A stretch of 64,000 nucleotides of DNA. It comes from Streptomyces sp. enrichment culture (lineage in GTDB: Bacteria > Actinomycetota > Actinomycetes > Streptomycetales > Streptomycetaceae). Positions 29,850-41,197 of the stretch are shown piece by piece. Both the position numbers and the translations under genes were made by a program. How positions within the stretch are numbered: position 1 is the stretch's first letter; each line of letters begins with the position of its first letter. Below the pieces are notes generated by a model, which was not told the origin of the DNA, did no database searches, and saw only the letters and a program-made list of their open reading frames with translations. The stretch spans positions 60,034 to 124,033 of the forward strand of contig NZ_OZ186833.1 of NCBI RefSeq assembly GCF_964272895.1, written 5' to 3'.

Positions 29850-31286
29850 TCACCCGTGCGCCGAGGGCAGTGGCCGGGACAGCGCGCGGTCCGTCAAGGC
29901 ACCGGCCGCCCCGGTGTACGCCTCCGGCTCGAACAGGTCGGTCAGCCGGGCGTCGGCCGCCAAGGCTGCCGCCCGGTCGTCCTGCCGCAGCACCTCGGCC
30001 AGCGGCTCACCGGTGCGCGCCGACCGGGCGGACGCCTCGTTCAGCAGCTCGCGTGCCCGCGCCTTGCCCAGCAGCGGGGCGAGGACGGCAGCGATCCGCT
30101 CGGACACGATCTGCCCCCCGGTGAGCTCGGTGTTGGCGCGCATACGCGCCGGGTCCACCGCCAACTGGCCGACCAGTTCCACCGCCTGGTGCGCCGCCCC
30201 GCCCGCCAGCCGCAGCAGGGCGCGCAGCGGCTCCCACTCCGCGTGCCAGGCACCCGCGGAGCGCTCGTCCTCGCTCGGCAGACAGCCCAGCACCGTCGCC
30301 GCGAGCTGCGGCGCCTGCAGCGCGGCCGACCTGATGGCCGTCGCCAGCACCGGGTTGCGCTTGTGCGGCATCGCCGAGGACGCCCCCCGCCCACTGGGCG
30401 CCGGCTCGTGCACCTCACCGACCTCCGTCCGGGTCAGCGACAGCACATCGACGGCGATCTTGCCGAGCGCGCCGCACACGAACGCGGCGGCCACCGCCAC
30501 GTCCACGACCGGCGTACGCAGCACATGCCACGGCACCAGCGGTACGGCAAGCCCCAGTTCGGCGGCGAACGCCTCCGTCAGCTCCCGCACATACGCGGCC
30601 CGGTCCACGCCCGGCGCGAACTCCAGATACCCGGCCAGCGTGCCGGCCGCCCCACCGAGCTGCACGGGAAGCCCACCGGCGCTGAGCCGGTCCAGCTTCT
30701 CCACCGCGTCCAGCAGCAGATGCCGCCAGCCCGCCGCCTTCAGACCGAAGGTCGTGGGCACCGCGTGCAGGGCCAGCGTCCGGCCCGCCATCAGCGTGTC
30801 CCGGTGCTCGGCCGCCAGGACGGCCAGCGCCCCCTCGACGCGCTCCAGGTCCGCGCGGATCAGCCCGAGAGCCCGCCGGGCGACCAGCACGCTCCCCGTG
30901 TCGAGGATGTCCTGGCTGGTCGAACCGCGATGCACATACCCGGCCGCCTCCCCGTCCTGACGGGCCACCAGCGCGGTGAACTCCCGCACCAGCCCCACCA
31001 CCGGGTTGGCGGACTCGCGCGCCTGCCGCGCCAGGGCGACCAGGTCGAGCCGGTCGGCCCGCGCGGCCTCGGTGATCACCCGCGCGGCCGCCTCGGGCAC
31101 CGTCCCGAGCCGCGCCTGCGCCCGGCTCAGCGCCGCCTCGGCATCCAGCATGGCCTGCAGCCACGCCCTGTCGGACACCGCCGCCGAGACCGGGGTGTCC
31201 GCCCACACCGGAGACAGCAGACCGGCCTCCGGCGCCGCCCCGAGGCCGGGCGCCGCGTCCGCGGCGAAGCCGATGTCAGAGGGCAT
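29850..31286 (-). CDS. creD: nitrosuccinate lyase (CreD/Fur17-like; fumarase/ASL superfamily)
   Basis: HRGSTSQDI, GASSAMPHKRNP signature; overlaps the 3' end of the creE homologue. Confidence 0.85.
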   Translation of the reverse strand: MPSDIGFAADAAPGLGAAPEAGLLSPVWADTPVSAAVSDRAWLQAMLDAEAALSRAQARLGTVPEAAARVITEAARADRLDLVALARQARESANPVVGLVREFTALVARQDGEAAGYVHRGSTSQDILDTGSVLVARRALGLIRADLERVEGALAVLAAEHRDTLMAGRTLALHAVPTTFGLKAAGWRHLLLDAVEKLDRLSAGGLPVQLGGAAGTLAGYLEFAPGVDRAAYVRELTEAFAAELGLAVPLVPWHVLRTPVVDVAVAAAFVCGALGKIAVDVLSLTRTEVGEVHEPAPSGRGASSAMPHKRNPVLATAIRSAALQAPQLAATVLGCLPSEDERSAGAWHAEWEPLRALLRLAGGAAHQAVELVGQLAVDPARMRANTELTGGQIVSERIAAVLAPLLGKARARELLNEASARSARTGEPLAEVLRQDDRAAALAADARLTDLFEPEAYTGAAGALTDRALSRPLPSAHG

Positions 31287-33366
31287 GGGTGAGTCCTCCT
31301 GTGAGGTCTTTCCGTCCATACGCACCGACCCCGCCGGCCGGCACGCCCGCGCTGTCGCCTCCGTCCCGCTCGACCGGGCTGCCGGCTTCGCCCCGCTCGA
31401 CCGGGCTGCCGGCTTCGCCCCGCTCGACCGGGCTGCCGCCTTCACCTCGCTCGGCATCGCCCTCGAACCCGAGCGCCGCGCGGGCGATGGCGTCGGAGTC
31501 GGTGAGCGTCACGGAGTTCACGCCCGGCCGGATACCGGCCGCCGTCACCCAGTGCACCGACTCGGTCGGCACACCGAACGCGAAACGGCGCGGATGCGCC
31601 CGCCCGTCCGCGTCGAGCAGACGGAACGGCCGCTCGGTGACCGCCAGTCCGTCGGTCTCCCACCAGCCGCCGTCCCGCGTACGGATGCGGTATCCGCCGC
31701 ACTGCCCGGTCGCCAGCAGATGCCGCAGCAGCGGATCGCGCGTGCGCCGCAGCGTGATGTCCGGCAGCCGCGCCTCGACCAGCGCCTCCACCCGCACCTC
31801 CGAGCCCGGCACGAGCGGCGAGGAGGCCAGATATCCGCCGGAGCCGGCCACCACCCGCAGATCGGGGCCGACCACACGCAGCACACCGGCCTCGATCAGG
31901 GCCACCATCTCCTCCACCCGGCGGGCCGGCGGACCGATCGACAGATACGCGTTGAGCGGCGTGTACCAGCCGTCGAGATCGGCACGGTAGGAGTCACCGT
32001 GCAGCCCGCCGTGATCGACGGCCAGCCGGATCTCGTTGCGCAGATCCCGCAGCACATCGAGCGCCGCCTTCACCGGACCGCTGACGTTGCCGGAGCGGGC
32101 CTCGGCCACATCCTGGCGCAGATGGTCGAGCAGCCAGCCGGTGAAGTCCTGCGGCCCGCTGAACTCCCGGTCCCGGTAAGGGCGGGCGAGCAGGTCCCAG
32201 TCCCAGCGGTCCTTGTCCTCCAGGCCGTACGCCGTGAGCACCGCGTCGGTGTCCCGCGCGCCCCAGCCGGCCGCCAGGAAGTCCTCCTGGAACCGCCGCG
32301 CCTCCTCGGTGTGCCCGCGCGAGACGAGCAGCGTCCGGTAGTAGACGGTCTCGACCTCGCGGGCGATCAGCGGCCACAGATGCTCCTGGAAACCGAGCCC
32401 GGTCCGCCCGTGCGCCCGGCGCAGCGCGGCGATCCGCTCGACCGTGAGCAGCAGCGGTTCATGACGGCCGTGCGGGCCCTTCTCGTTCTCGCCCCGCGCC
32501 TGGTACGGCACACCGCGCCGCGAACCGGCGTACAGCCGCGGCTCCTGCCCCGAGGGCCGGTACACCAGCCGGCCGCCGGTGCGCGCGTAGGAGCCGCCGC
32601 GGCCGACGGTGAGCTCGGTCATGTAGTCGAAGAAGTTCAGCCCGAGCCCGCGCAGCAGCACCGTTCGGCCCGGCGCCAGCCCGGTCAGGTCGACGTCGGC
32701 GGGATTGGCCGGCGCCACATGGGTCAGACCCGCCTCCCGGACCCGGTCGAGGAACTCCCGCTCGGCGGCGTTAGCCGCGGCCGGCAGATGGCCCTGGCAC
32801 AGGATCACCGCGTCCAGTCCGTCCAGCACCGTTCCGTCGGCGAGCACCACCCGCTGGCGGGGTCCGCCCGGCGCGTCGGGGCCGTCGTCCAGGGACACGG
32901 CGAGGCCGGCGTGCGCGGTGACCGTCAGTCCGGCGGGCGCGCGTTCCAGCACCCGCCCGTACACCCACCGCAAGTAGTCCCCGTAGAAGGCGCGCGTCGG
33001 ATAGGTGTCGGGGCCCAGCGTGCGGGCCTCCTCGATCACATGGGCCGGATGGTCGTCGCCGAACTCCCCCGCGAGCAGAGCCACCGACCACTCGTACAGG
33101 CTCGGGCCGGGTTCCAGGGGACCGCGAAGGTCGACCGAGGCGTCGGTGAACACCGAGATCTGCCCGGCGACCGTGTTCATGAGCAGGTGACGAGACTGGT
33201 CGGTGCGCCACACTCTGCCGGGTCCCGGCGGGTAGGGGTCGACCACATGGACATGGGTGGTCCGTTGTTCGGGCTGTGAGCGGGCATTGGCGCACAGTCG
33301 CTCCAGCACGGAGAGCCCGCGGGGACCGGCGCCTATCACGCACACAGTGCGATGTGTCGTAGTCAT
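31276..33366 (-). CDS. creE: L-aspartate N-monooxygenase (CreE/Fur16-like)
   Basis: VIGAGPRGLSVLERL, LLMNTVAGQIS, YPTRAFYG.YL, RGLGLNFFD, GSRRGVPY.ARG, GVPTESVHW.TAAG.RPG. Confidence 0.9.
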   Translation of the reverse strand: MTTTHRTVCVIGAGPRGLSVLERLCANARSQPEQRTTHVHVVDPYPPGPGRVWRTDQSRHLLMNTVAGQISVFTDASVDLRGPLEPGPSLYEWSVALLAGEFGDDHPAHVIEEARTLGPDTYPTRAFYGDYLRWVYGRVLERAPAGLTVTAHAGLAVSLDDGPDAPGGPRQRVVLADGTVLDGLDAVILCQGHLPAAANAAEREFLDRVREAGLTHVAPANPADVDLTGLAPGRTVLLRGLGLNFFDYMTELTVGRGGSYARTGGRLVYRPSGQEPRLYAGSRRGVPYQARGENEKGPHGRHEPLLLTVERIAALRRAHGRTGLGFQEHLWPLIAREVETVYYRTLLVSRGHTEEARRFQEDFLAAGWGARDTDAVLTAYGLEDKDRWDWDLLARPYRDREFSGPQDFTGWLLDHLRQDVAEARSGNVSGPVKAALDVLRDLRNEIRLAVDHGGLHGDSYRADLDGWYTPLNAYLSIGPPARRVEEMVALIEAGVLRVVGPDLRVVAGSGGYLASSPLVPGSEVRVEALVEARLPDITLRRTRDPLLRHLLATGQCGGYRIRTRDGGWWETDGLAVTERPFRLLDADGRAHPRRFAFGVPTESVHWVTAAGIRPGVNSVTLTDSDAIARAALGFEGDAERGEGGSPVERGEAGSPVERGEAGSPVERDGGDSAGVPAGGVGAYGRKDLTGGLTHAL
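31366..31446 (-). repeat. 27-nt coding tandem repeat, 3 copies (ERGEAGSPV), in the creE C-terminal tail
   Basis: Units start at 31366, 31393, 31420. Confidence 0.9.
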
Positions 33367-33505
33367 GTTTCCTGTCTCTGCCGATGTCGAGGAACCGAGC
33401 CGGGCCGTGCGGGACCGCGCTGGACCTTCAAGGCGTCGAACAGACAGGTGCGTACGCCGTGACGGCCCGCCGGACAGCACCGGCGGGCCGTCACATGAGG
33501 GCGGG

Positions 33506-33970
33506 TCAGCCCAGGTAACGCTGGATCGTCGGGCTCAGCAGCTGGATCAGCTCCTCGCTGGAGGCCGACGCGATCGGTTCGAGCTTCACGATGTAGCGCA
33601 GCAGGACGACACCCCACACCTGCGCCGTCGCGGCGTTGATGTTGATCGGGGGCACGCCGATGTGCGCGGCCGCCTCGTGCAGGTCCATGCCCTCCACGCC
33701 GATGGCCTTGCCGGCCTGCGCGAACAGCTGCTTGTCGAGGAGCTGGCGCATCGCTGCGGCGCCCTGCTCGCTGTTGACCGCGGCCTGCAGCACACCGAGG
33801 AGCCTCGGCCGGGCCTGGGGGTCCTCCCACATGACGAAGGCGGCGCGCAGCAGCCCCTCGGCCAGCTGCTCGCGCGCGCCGGCCAGGGCGGTGGCACCGG
33901 CCTCGCCGAGCACCCCGCCGAGCTCGTTCACGGCTGCGGTCCCGGTGTCGGAATCGAAGGTTGCGGACAT
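33506..33970 (-). CDS. TetR C-terminal (ligand) domain-only protein, no HTH
   Basis: LLRAAF..WEDP..RP.L..VL.AA; VVLLRYIVKLEPIASASSEEL..L.PTIQRYL; strong AGGAGG RBS directly before the ATG. Confidence 0.75.
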   Translation of the reverse strand: MSATFDSDTGTAAVNELGGVLGEAGATALAGAREQLAEGLLRAAFVMWEDPQARPRLLGVLQAAVNSEQGAAAMRQLLDKQLFAQAGKAIGVEGMDLHEAAAHIGVPPININAATAQVWGVVLLRYIVKLEPIASASSEELIQLLSPTIQRYLG

Positions 33971-33981
33971 GTCTCCTCCTG

Positions 33982-35052
33982 TCAGGCGAGCTTGGTGGCG
34001 GACAGAACGGCTTCCACGGTGAGGGCGTGCGGCGGCAGGTTCGCCGGGTCGTCGGTGACGGCCTTGGTCACCTTGAAACCGGCCTCTTCGAGCCAGCTCT
34101 GCCACGTCGAGAGCTTCTGCGGGCCGCCCTGGCCCATCGTGCAGCCGATGAAGAAGCTGGGATAGAAATCGACGGTGTAGTTCTCGGTGTCGGTGATGTC
34201 CTCGGGGAACACCGGAACCAGCGCGTGCACCTGCGCACCGGGCTCCAGGGAGTCGTACACGCCCTTGAGGATCCGCAGTACGTCGCTCTTGTCGAACATG
34301 GGCAGGAAGTGCTTGATCAGCACGACGTCGAAGCCCTTGGGAACCTCTTCGAAGACATCGCCGCCGATGAACGCGCAGCGGTCCTCGACGCCGTGCGCCC
34401 GGAAGTTCTCCAGGCTCTCCTGCTCCTTCGCCGGAAGGTCGAAGTTGGTCACGTGCAGGCCGGGGGAGTCCTTCAGCCGCAGCGTGTTGATGGCCCCGAG
34501 CCCGGTGTTGCCGGCCAGGTCGAGCACCTTGGACCCGGCCGGGATGTCGACGTTCTCGAAGAACCAGGGGTCCACATGGGCGGTGACGGTGTTCATCAGC
34601 TTCGCCCACGGCTCGCGCAGCTCCGGCAGCTTGCCCAGTGCGCTGTAGAGGTCACCGTCGAGGCCGTACAGCTCCTTCAGACCGGCGACCGTGCCGGTGC
34701 GCACGCTCTCGGTGAGGTAGAACAGCTGGCGCAGCGTGACCGCCTTGATCATGTTCAGGTCGGCGAGGGCCTGCTGGAGCAGCTCGTCGGAGACACCGGC
34801 GAGCCCGTCCAGGGAGTAGGCGCCGGATTCCTCGTCGCGGGCGACGAAGCCCTCCTTGACCAGCAGGAGCAGCAACTGCTCCACGGCGTCCGGCTTCGCG
34901 CCGGCCACCTCGCCCAGCTCGGCCGCCGTCAGGCCGGGCCGGTCGCGCAGCGCGTCGATGATGCCCAGCTCGAAGCAGGACACCAGGGTCATGAACCGGG
35001 AGGGTCCCACCATGTAGTCACGGAATCGAGCGAGCGTGGCTTCCGGTGTCAT
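33982..35052 (-). CDS. SAM-dependent methyltransferase (Fur6/Fnq27-like)
   Basis: Dimerisation helix plus VLDLAGNTG, GGDVF, LIKHFL; context matches the fur gene order. Confidence 0.8.
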   Translation of the reverse strand: MTPEATLARFRDYMVGPSRFMTLVSCFELGIIDALRDRPGLTAAELGEVAGAKPDAVEQLLLLLVKEGFVARDEESGAYSLDGLAGVSDELLQQALADLNMIKAVTLRQLFYLTESVRTGTVAGLKELYGLDGDLYSALGKLPELREPWAKLMNTVTAHVDPWFFENVDIPAGSKVLDLAGNTGLGAINTLRLKDSPGLHVTNFDLPAKEQESLENFRAHGVEDRCAFIGGDVFEEVPKGFDVVLIKHFLPMFDKSDVLRILKGVYDSLEPGAQVHALVPVFPEDITDTENYTVDFYPSFFIGCTMGQGGPQKLSTWQSWLEEAGFKVTKAVTDDPANLPPHALTVEAVLSATKLA

Positions 35053-35247
35053 AGCAACCGAGCCCTTTCGGTGAGGGGAAGTGGTCTGTTGTGCAAGGCG
35101 CCCGGCAGACCCCGCCGGCCGGTCGGCCGCGGTCGGGCCGACGCGGCACGAGGCGAGCGGCGGGGGAGTGAGCGGGGAGCGGCGTGACGGGGGTGGCGCT
35201 GCTCCCCGCCGGCTTCGGGGCGGCGCCGACCGGCGCGGGCGGGCGGG

Positions 35248-36459
<1,212 letters not shown>

Positions 36460-36562
36460 GGCACTCCAAGACATGGGTGGGTGAACACAAGGAAAAAGCG
36501 CAGGTGGTGCGCCCGGACCCCGGGTCCGCGCACACCACCTGCGATCAGGTCGGGCACTTACC

Positions 36563-38149
36563 TCACGTGCGGTCCCGGATCCGGTCCTTGAGCCGGTCCG
36601 CCAGAGCCAGCCGCTGCACCTTCAGCGTGGCGGTGCGCGGCAGCTCGGCCTCCGGGATCTGCACCGGATCGGCCAGCTGCGGGAAGTCGGCCACGGCCGC
36701 CCGCCAGCGCGCCAGGTCCAGCGGCCTGTCGCCATGGGTGCAGATCACCGGGACCGCCTCGGAGTCGGGCCCCTGCACCACGACCAGCTCGCTCAGCTCG
36801 TCCAGCTTGCCGAGCACGACGTCCTCGATCTCCAGGGAGCTCTTCACCCCCGGGATCATGTCGACCTCGCGGTCCAGCATGTGCAGGCAGCCGAACTTGG
36901 TGAAGTAGCCGACGTCGCCGGTCCCCCACCACTCGCCCTTGCGGTTGCTGTCGTAGCGCTCCTGCTCGCCGTGGTACGTCTTGGCGATGCCCGGCCACGC
37001 GACCTCGATACGGCCGGGGTTCTGCTCGGTCGGACGCGACCCGTCGCGGCTGACGACACGGACCTTCGCCGCGCCCAGCGGCATCTGCCAGCCCACGCAC
37101 CGCCCGTTCGCCTTGTGGGCGGAGTGACGGAAGTAGGCCCGGCCGACCGCGGGCCCGACCTCGCTCTGGCCGTAGATCTGGAAGAACAGGGCGCCACGCC
37201 GGTAGGACGCCTTGAGCAGCTTGCTCATCGTGCCCGGGTGGATCGCGTCGAAGGTGCTGCTGAAGACCTTCACCGACCCGAACGGCGCCCGCGGGTCGTC
37301 GGCCAGCCCCTCCCACTCCATCAGCGAGTTCGGCAGGGCCTCGATGAGCACCGGCCGGTGCTCCAGCAGATGCTCGGCGACCACGGCCGGATCCGTCTCC
37401 CGCATCAGCAGGACCGGGTACTCCTTGAGCAGCGCCAGCGACATCGCCGCGACCATCCGCGAGTGCACGAACGGCACATGGATGGCGACCGTCTCCTTCT
37501 TGCGCAGCAGGGACAGCAGCCGCCACTGCGGCACGAGCCGGATGCCCTGGGTGCGCGGCGTGTGCACCACGAGCTTCGGGATGCCGGTGGTGCCGGAGGT
37601 GTGCGTGATGACCGCGGCCTCGTCGATCGGCCGGACCACCGGCTTGACCCGCGGCGAGCCCGCGAGGTCGCCCAGCGAGATCGACCCCGGCCGGTCGCCG
37701 GCCGAGGTGATCACCCGCTGGGTGAGGTCCGTCAGCGGCACGTCCGCCAGCAGATCCAGCTTCGTCCCGTCGGTGAGCAGCGTCGGCCGCCCCACCCGCT
37801 GCAGCAGCACACCCACGGTCGCGGGGTCCAGGGCCGGCGAGAGGTTCACGACGATGGCGCCGATACGGGAGACCGCGGCCGCGAGCATCCAGTGATCGGC
37901 GTTGGCCGTCTTGTAGATCACGACGTGGTCGTCGGGCCGGACCCCGGCCGCCCACAGCCGTGCGGCCAGATCGGCCACGTGCTCGGCGTACCGGGCGACC
38001 GTCAGCCGCCGCCCCGCCTCCGGCAGGACGTCCAGGTCATGGTCCAGGACGATCGGCGTCGACGGGTTCACGGCCGCGGCCATCTCCGGCAGGAGGCCGA
38101 TGTGAAGACCGCGCTTCTGTATCGATTGGTAGGCCACAGAGCCCTTCAT
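36563..38149 (-). CDS. ANL-superfamily AMP-forming ligase (Fur5-like, probable diazotase)
   Basis: [20 protein letters not shown] motifs; position in a fur-like operon. Confidence 0.8.
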   Translation of the reverse strand: MKGSVAYQSIQKRGLHIGLLPEMAAAVNPSTPIVLDHDLDVLPEAGRRLTVARYAEHVADLAARLWAAGVRPDDHVVIYKTANADHWMLAAAVSRIGAIVVNLSPALDPATVGVLLQRVGRPTLLTDGTKLDLLADVPLTDLTQRVITSAGDRPGSISLGDLAGSPRVKPVVRPIDEAAVITHTSGTTGIPKLVVHTPRTQGIRLVPQWRLLSLLRKKETVAIHVPFVHSRMVAAMSLALLKEYPVLLMRETDPAVVAEHLLEHRPVLIEALPNSLMEWEGLADDPRAPFGSVKVFSSTFDAIHPGTMSKLLKASYRRGALFFQIYGQSEVGPAVGRAYFRHSAHKANGRCVGWQMPLGAAKVRVVSRDGSRPTEQNPGRIEVAWPGIAKTYHGEQERYDSNRKGEWWGTGDVGYFTKFGCLHMLDREVDMIPGVKSSLEIEDVVLGKLDELSELVVVQGPDSEAVPVICTHGDRPLDLARWRAAVADFPQLADPVQIPEAELPRTATLKVQRLALADRLKDRIRDRT

Positions 38150-38285
38150 GGGGACTGTCTCCTTTGCGGTGAGCGAATGGGCGTGCGGGCTGTCGCCGGC
38201 GCCGTGCGCGCTGTGCGGAACACACGACGGACACCGGGGACGCTGCGGCCCGTTGTGGATTGCGGGTGCCGGAACTGGCCGCGGA

Positions 38286-38336
38286 AAAGGCCGTGGCGGT
38301 GGCCGCCGGCAGAACCTGCCGGCGGCCACCGCCACG
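38286..38336 (-). terminator. strong hairpin after wrbA
   Basis: 21-bp perfect stem 38292-38312/38316-38336, followed on the minus strand by GCCUUUUCC. Confidence 0.75.
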
Positions 38337-38390
38337 ACCGGGGCTTCGACCCGCCGGCTCGCCTCGACCGAGGCGACGCCGGCCTACGGG

Positions 38391-39011
38391 TCAGGAGGCG
38401 CGGCCCGCCTTGATGGCGGCGGCGAACTCCACGACGCGGCGCGCCTGGTGACGGGCCGCCTCCAGGGTCACCTCGCTGGGGCCGCCCAGGCTGCCGCCCG
38501 GCCCCGAGACGTGCGAGACGCCGTACGGGTTGCCCGTCTGGGAATGGACCGGGTCGGTGTAGCCGGGCGGCACGATGATGCCGCCCCAGTGGTAGAAGGT
38601 GTTGCTCATCGCCAGGATGGTGGACTCCTGACCGCCATGGGCGGTACCGCTCGCGGTGAAGGCCGAGCACACCTTGTCGGCGAGCGTGCCCTGCTGCCAC
38701 AGCGGACCGGTGGTGTCGATGAACGCCTTCAGCTGGCTGGCCAGGTTCCCGAACCGGGTCGGGGAGCCGAACAGCAGCGCGTCCGCCCAGGCCACGTCCT
38801 CCAGAGCGGCCTCCTGGACATCGGCGGTGTCCTCGATGTGCCGGGCCCACGCCGGATTCGAGCCGATCGCCTCCGGCGGAGCCAGCTCACGGACCTTGCG
38901 CAGCCGCACGGTCGCACCGGCCTTCTCCGCGCCCTCTGCGGCGGCCTGCGCCAGGGCGTGGATGGTGCCGGTGGCGCTGTAGTAGATGATCGAGACGTTC
39001 ACGGGGGCCAT
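38391..39011 (-). CDS. wrbA: NAD(P)H:quinone oxidoreductase, WrbA type
   Basis: YYSATG, FGSPTRFGN, AHGGQEST, GNPYG. Confidence 0.92.
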   Translation of the reverse strand: MAPVNVSIIYYSATGTIHALAQAAAEGAEKAGATVRLRKVRELAPPEAIGSNPAWARHIEDTADVQEAALEDVAWADALLFGSPTRFGNLASQLKAFIDTTGPLWQQGTLADKVCSAFTASGTAHGGQESTILAMSNTFYHWGGIIVPPGYTDPVHSQTGNPYGVSHVSGPGGSLGGPSEVTLEAARHQARRVVEFAAAIKAGRAS

Positions 39012-39038
39012 CGGGGCTCCTTCTGTGTCTGCCGGCCG

Positions 39039-40034
39039 CTACCGGGCGACGACGACGGTGGCGGGCGGGGCCGAGTGGAACGAGATGTCCTCGAAGCCGG
39101 CCTTGACGAGCCAGTCGCGGTAGTCCGCCTGGCGCCAGGTGCTGCCGTGCTTGCTCTTCAGCAGCATCTCCGAGGCGAAGATCAGCGGGAACGCGGGGCC
39201 ACTGCGGTCGTCGTCGACGACGTAGTCGCAGACCACCAGGGCACCGCCCGGCTTGAGCGCCTGCCGGAGCCTGGTGAACACCTCCACGTTGTCCTCCGGT
39301 CCCTCCTGGTGCGCGATGTGGGAGTAGACCGCCACGTCGTACTGCGCGGTGCCGAAGTCGGTGGTGTGGAAGTCACCGTTGACCGTGGTGAACCGGTCGC
39401 CGACACCGTGCTCGTCCAGCAGCCGGCGGGCGATCGCGTTGATCGGCTCCCAGTCCAGCTGCGTGGCGCGGGCCGCCGGATTGCTCTGCAGCCAGATCCG
39501 CGAGTAGATGCCGGAACCGCCGCCCACGTCCAGGATCGACACCTCACCGGCGTCGGCCAGACCCAGCACCTCCGCGGCGATCCCCGCGGCCGGCACCGAC
39601 TGCGCGGCGATCGCCTTGACGATCTCCTCCCAGTGCCGGTTGTTCGCGACCTCCACGACCACGTCCTTGACCGGCCCGCCGACCTTGACCACCTCGGCCA
39701 GATCGGCCAGCGCGCCCATGTGGCTCAGCTTCAGCCGGGCGAAACGCGCCAGCGACACGGGAGTGTCCTCGACCAGGTAGAGCGCGGCCTCCGGCGTATT
39801 GCGGTAGCGGCCCTCGACCAGCTCGACCAGGCCCACACTGACCAGCCCGTCGAGCAGCGTCTGCGCGCCCCGCTCGGAGATCTCGGCGCGGGCGGCCAGC
39901 TCCGACGCCGTGCCCGCACCGTTCTCCAGATGGGTGAACAGCGAGTACGTGGACGCGGCGGCGAGGACACCGGTCGACCAGTAGCCGTTGATCAGCTGCA
40001 TGATGCGGTCGGGCGTCACCTGTTGATTCGTCAT
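39039..40034 (-). CDS. SAM-dependent methyltransferase (Fur4/Fnq9-like)
   Basis: ILDVGGGSG, GDFH, YSHIAH; N-terminal dimerisation domain. Confidence 0.85.
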   Translation of the reverse strand: MTNQQVTPDRIMQLINGYWSTGVLAAASTYSLFTHLENGAGTASELAARAEISERGAQTLLDGLVSVGLVELVEGRYRNTPEAALYLVEDTPVSLARFARLKLSHMGALADLAEVVKVGGPVKDVVVEVANNRHWEEIVKAIAAQSVPAAGIAAEVLGLADAGEVSILDVGGGSGIYSRIWLQSNPAARATQLDWEPINAIARRLLDEHGVGDRFTTVNGDFHTTDFGTAQYDVAVYSHIAHQEGPEDNVEVFTRLRQALKPGGALVVCDYVVDDDRSGPAFPLIFASEMLLKSKHGSTWRQADYRDWLVKAGFEDISFHSAPPATVVVAR

Positions 40035-41197
40035 GCCGCCCCTCCCAGGGCTCGGTTGGACGCCGAGTGGGTCCGCACCGCGCGGCGCAGGGCGGCCACG
40101 ACGCGCTCGACCTGATCCGGCGTGAGCTCCGCGTGCATGGGTATCGCCATCTGGCGGGCGAACAGATCCGCCGAGACGGGACACGTCTGCTTGGTCTCGA
40201 ACACGGGCTGCACATGCGCCGCGAACGTGCCGTGCCCGCAGCCGATGCCCTGGCCCCGCAGCTCGGCGGCGACCGCGGCACGGTCCACGCTCGCGTCCAG
40301 CGTCACCATGTACGTCTGCCAGGCGTGGGTGCGGTCCTGCGGCACCTGCGGCAGCGCCAGCAGCTCCTCGTCGGCGAGCAGCTCGCCGTACTGCGCGGCG
40401 ATCGCACTGCGCCGCTGGAGCAGCTCGTCGATCCGGCCGAGCTGCACCTGGAGGATCGCCGCGGCGATGTCGGACAGCTTGAAGTTGTAGCCGATCTCCG
40501 TGAACGTCGGGATCGGCAGGCCGACCACGTTGCCCATGTCGAAGATGGAGCCGATGCCGAAGGACGAGCGCAGCCGCACGTCCTTGCCGACCGCCGGATC
40601 ACGGGCGAGCAGCGCACCGCCCTCACCACTGCTGGCGCCCTTGCGCCCGTGGAAGGACAGACAGCCCACCTCGGCGAGCGCACCGGCCTGACGGCCCTGG
40701 TACGTCGCCCCGACCGCGCAGGCCGCGTCCTCCACGAGGAACAGCCCGTGCCGGTCGGCGATCGCCTGCAGCTCGGTGTAGTCGGCCGGCATGCCGACCG
40801 TGTCCACCGCGATCACCCCGACGGTGCGCGGGGTGACCAGATCGGCCACCGCCTGCGGGTCGATGGTGTACGTGTCGGGCCGTACGTCGGCGAAGACCGG
40901 CGTGGCGTCCATGTAGCGCACGGCCTGCGCGGGCGCCGGGAACCCGTAGTCGGCGACGATCACCTCGTCGCCGGGCTTGACGCCGAGCGCCAGCATCGCC
41001 AGATGCAGCGCGGCACCGCAGTTGCTCACCGCCACGGCGTCCGCGACACCGTACTTCTCGGCGAGCTGCGCCTCCAGCGCCTTGCCCTTGGGGCCCTGGC
41101 CGGCCGGCCAGCCGGAGGCGAACACCTCCGCGACGGCTTCCAGTTCCCGCTCACCCAGGCTCGCGTGAACCAGGGGGATCGATTCCACCGCGGTCAC
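40031..41197 (-). CDS. PLP aminotransferase, DegT/DnrJ fold (Fur3/NphE-like 8-aminoflaviolin synthase)
   Basis: VEDAACA, SFHGRK..SSGEGG, GYNFKLSD; GTG overlaps the momA stop. Confidence 0.88.
   Translation of the reverse strand: MTAVESIPLVHASLGERELEAVAEVFASGWPAGQGPKGKALEAQLAEKYGVADAVAVSNCGAALHLAMLALGVKPGDEVIVADYGFPAPAQAVRYMDATPVFADVRPDTYTIDPQAVADLVTPRTVGVIAVDTVGMPADYTELQAIADRHGLFLVEDAACAVGATYQGRQAGALAEVGCLSFHGRKGASSGEGGALLARDPAVGKDVRLRSSFGIGSIFDMGNVVGLPIPTFTEIGYNFKLSDIAAAILQVQLGRIDELLQRRSAIAAQYGELLADEELLALPQVPQDRTHAWQTYMVTLDASVDRAAVAAELRGQGIGCGHGTFAAHVQPVFETKQTCPVSADLFARQMAIPMHAELTPDQVERVVAALRRAVRTHSASNRALGGAA

Noticed and set aside
29850-31286. pcaB (protocatechuate catabolism)
   Set aside because: It is coupled to a CreE homologue and no pca genes are present, so CreD is the better call.
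33982-35052. phenazine N-methyltransferase PhzM/PpzM
   Set aside because: It lies in the fur-like operon far from phz and fits Fur6/Fnq27; PhzM activity is not excluded but is unsupported.
36563-38149. NRPS adenylation module
   Set aside because: There is no carrier or condensation domain; it is a standalone ligase.
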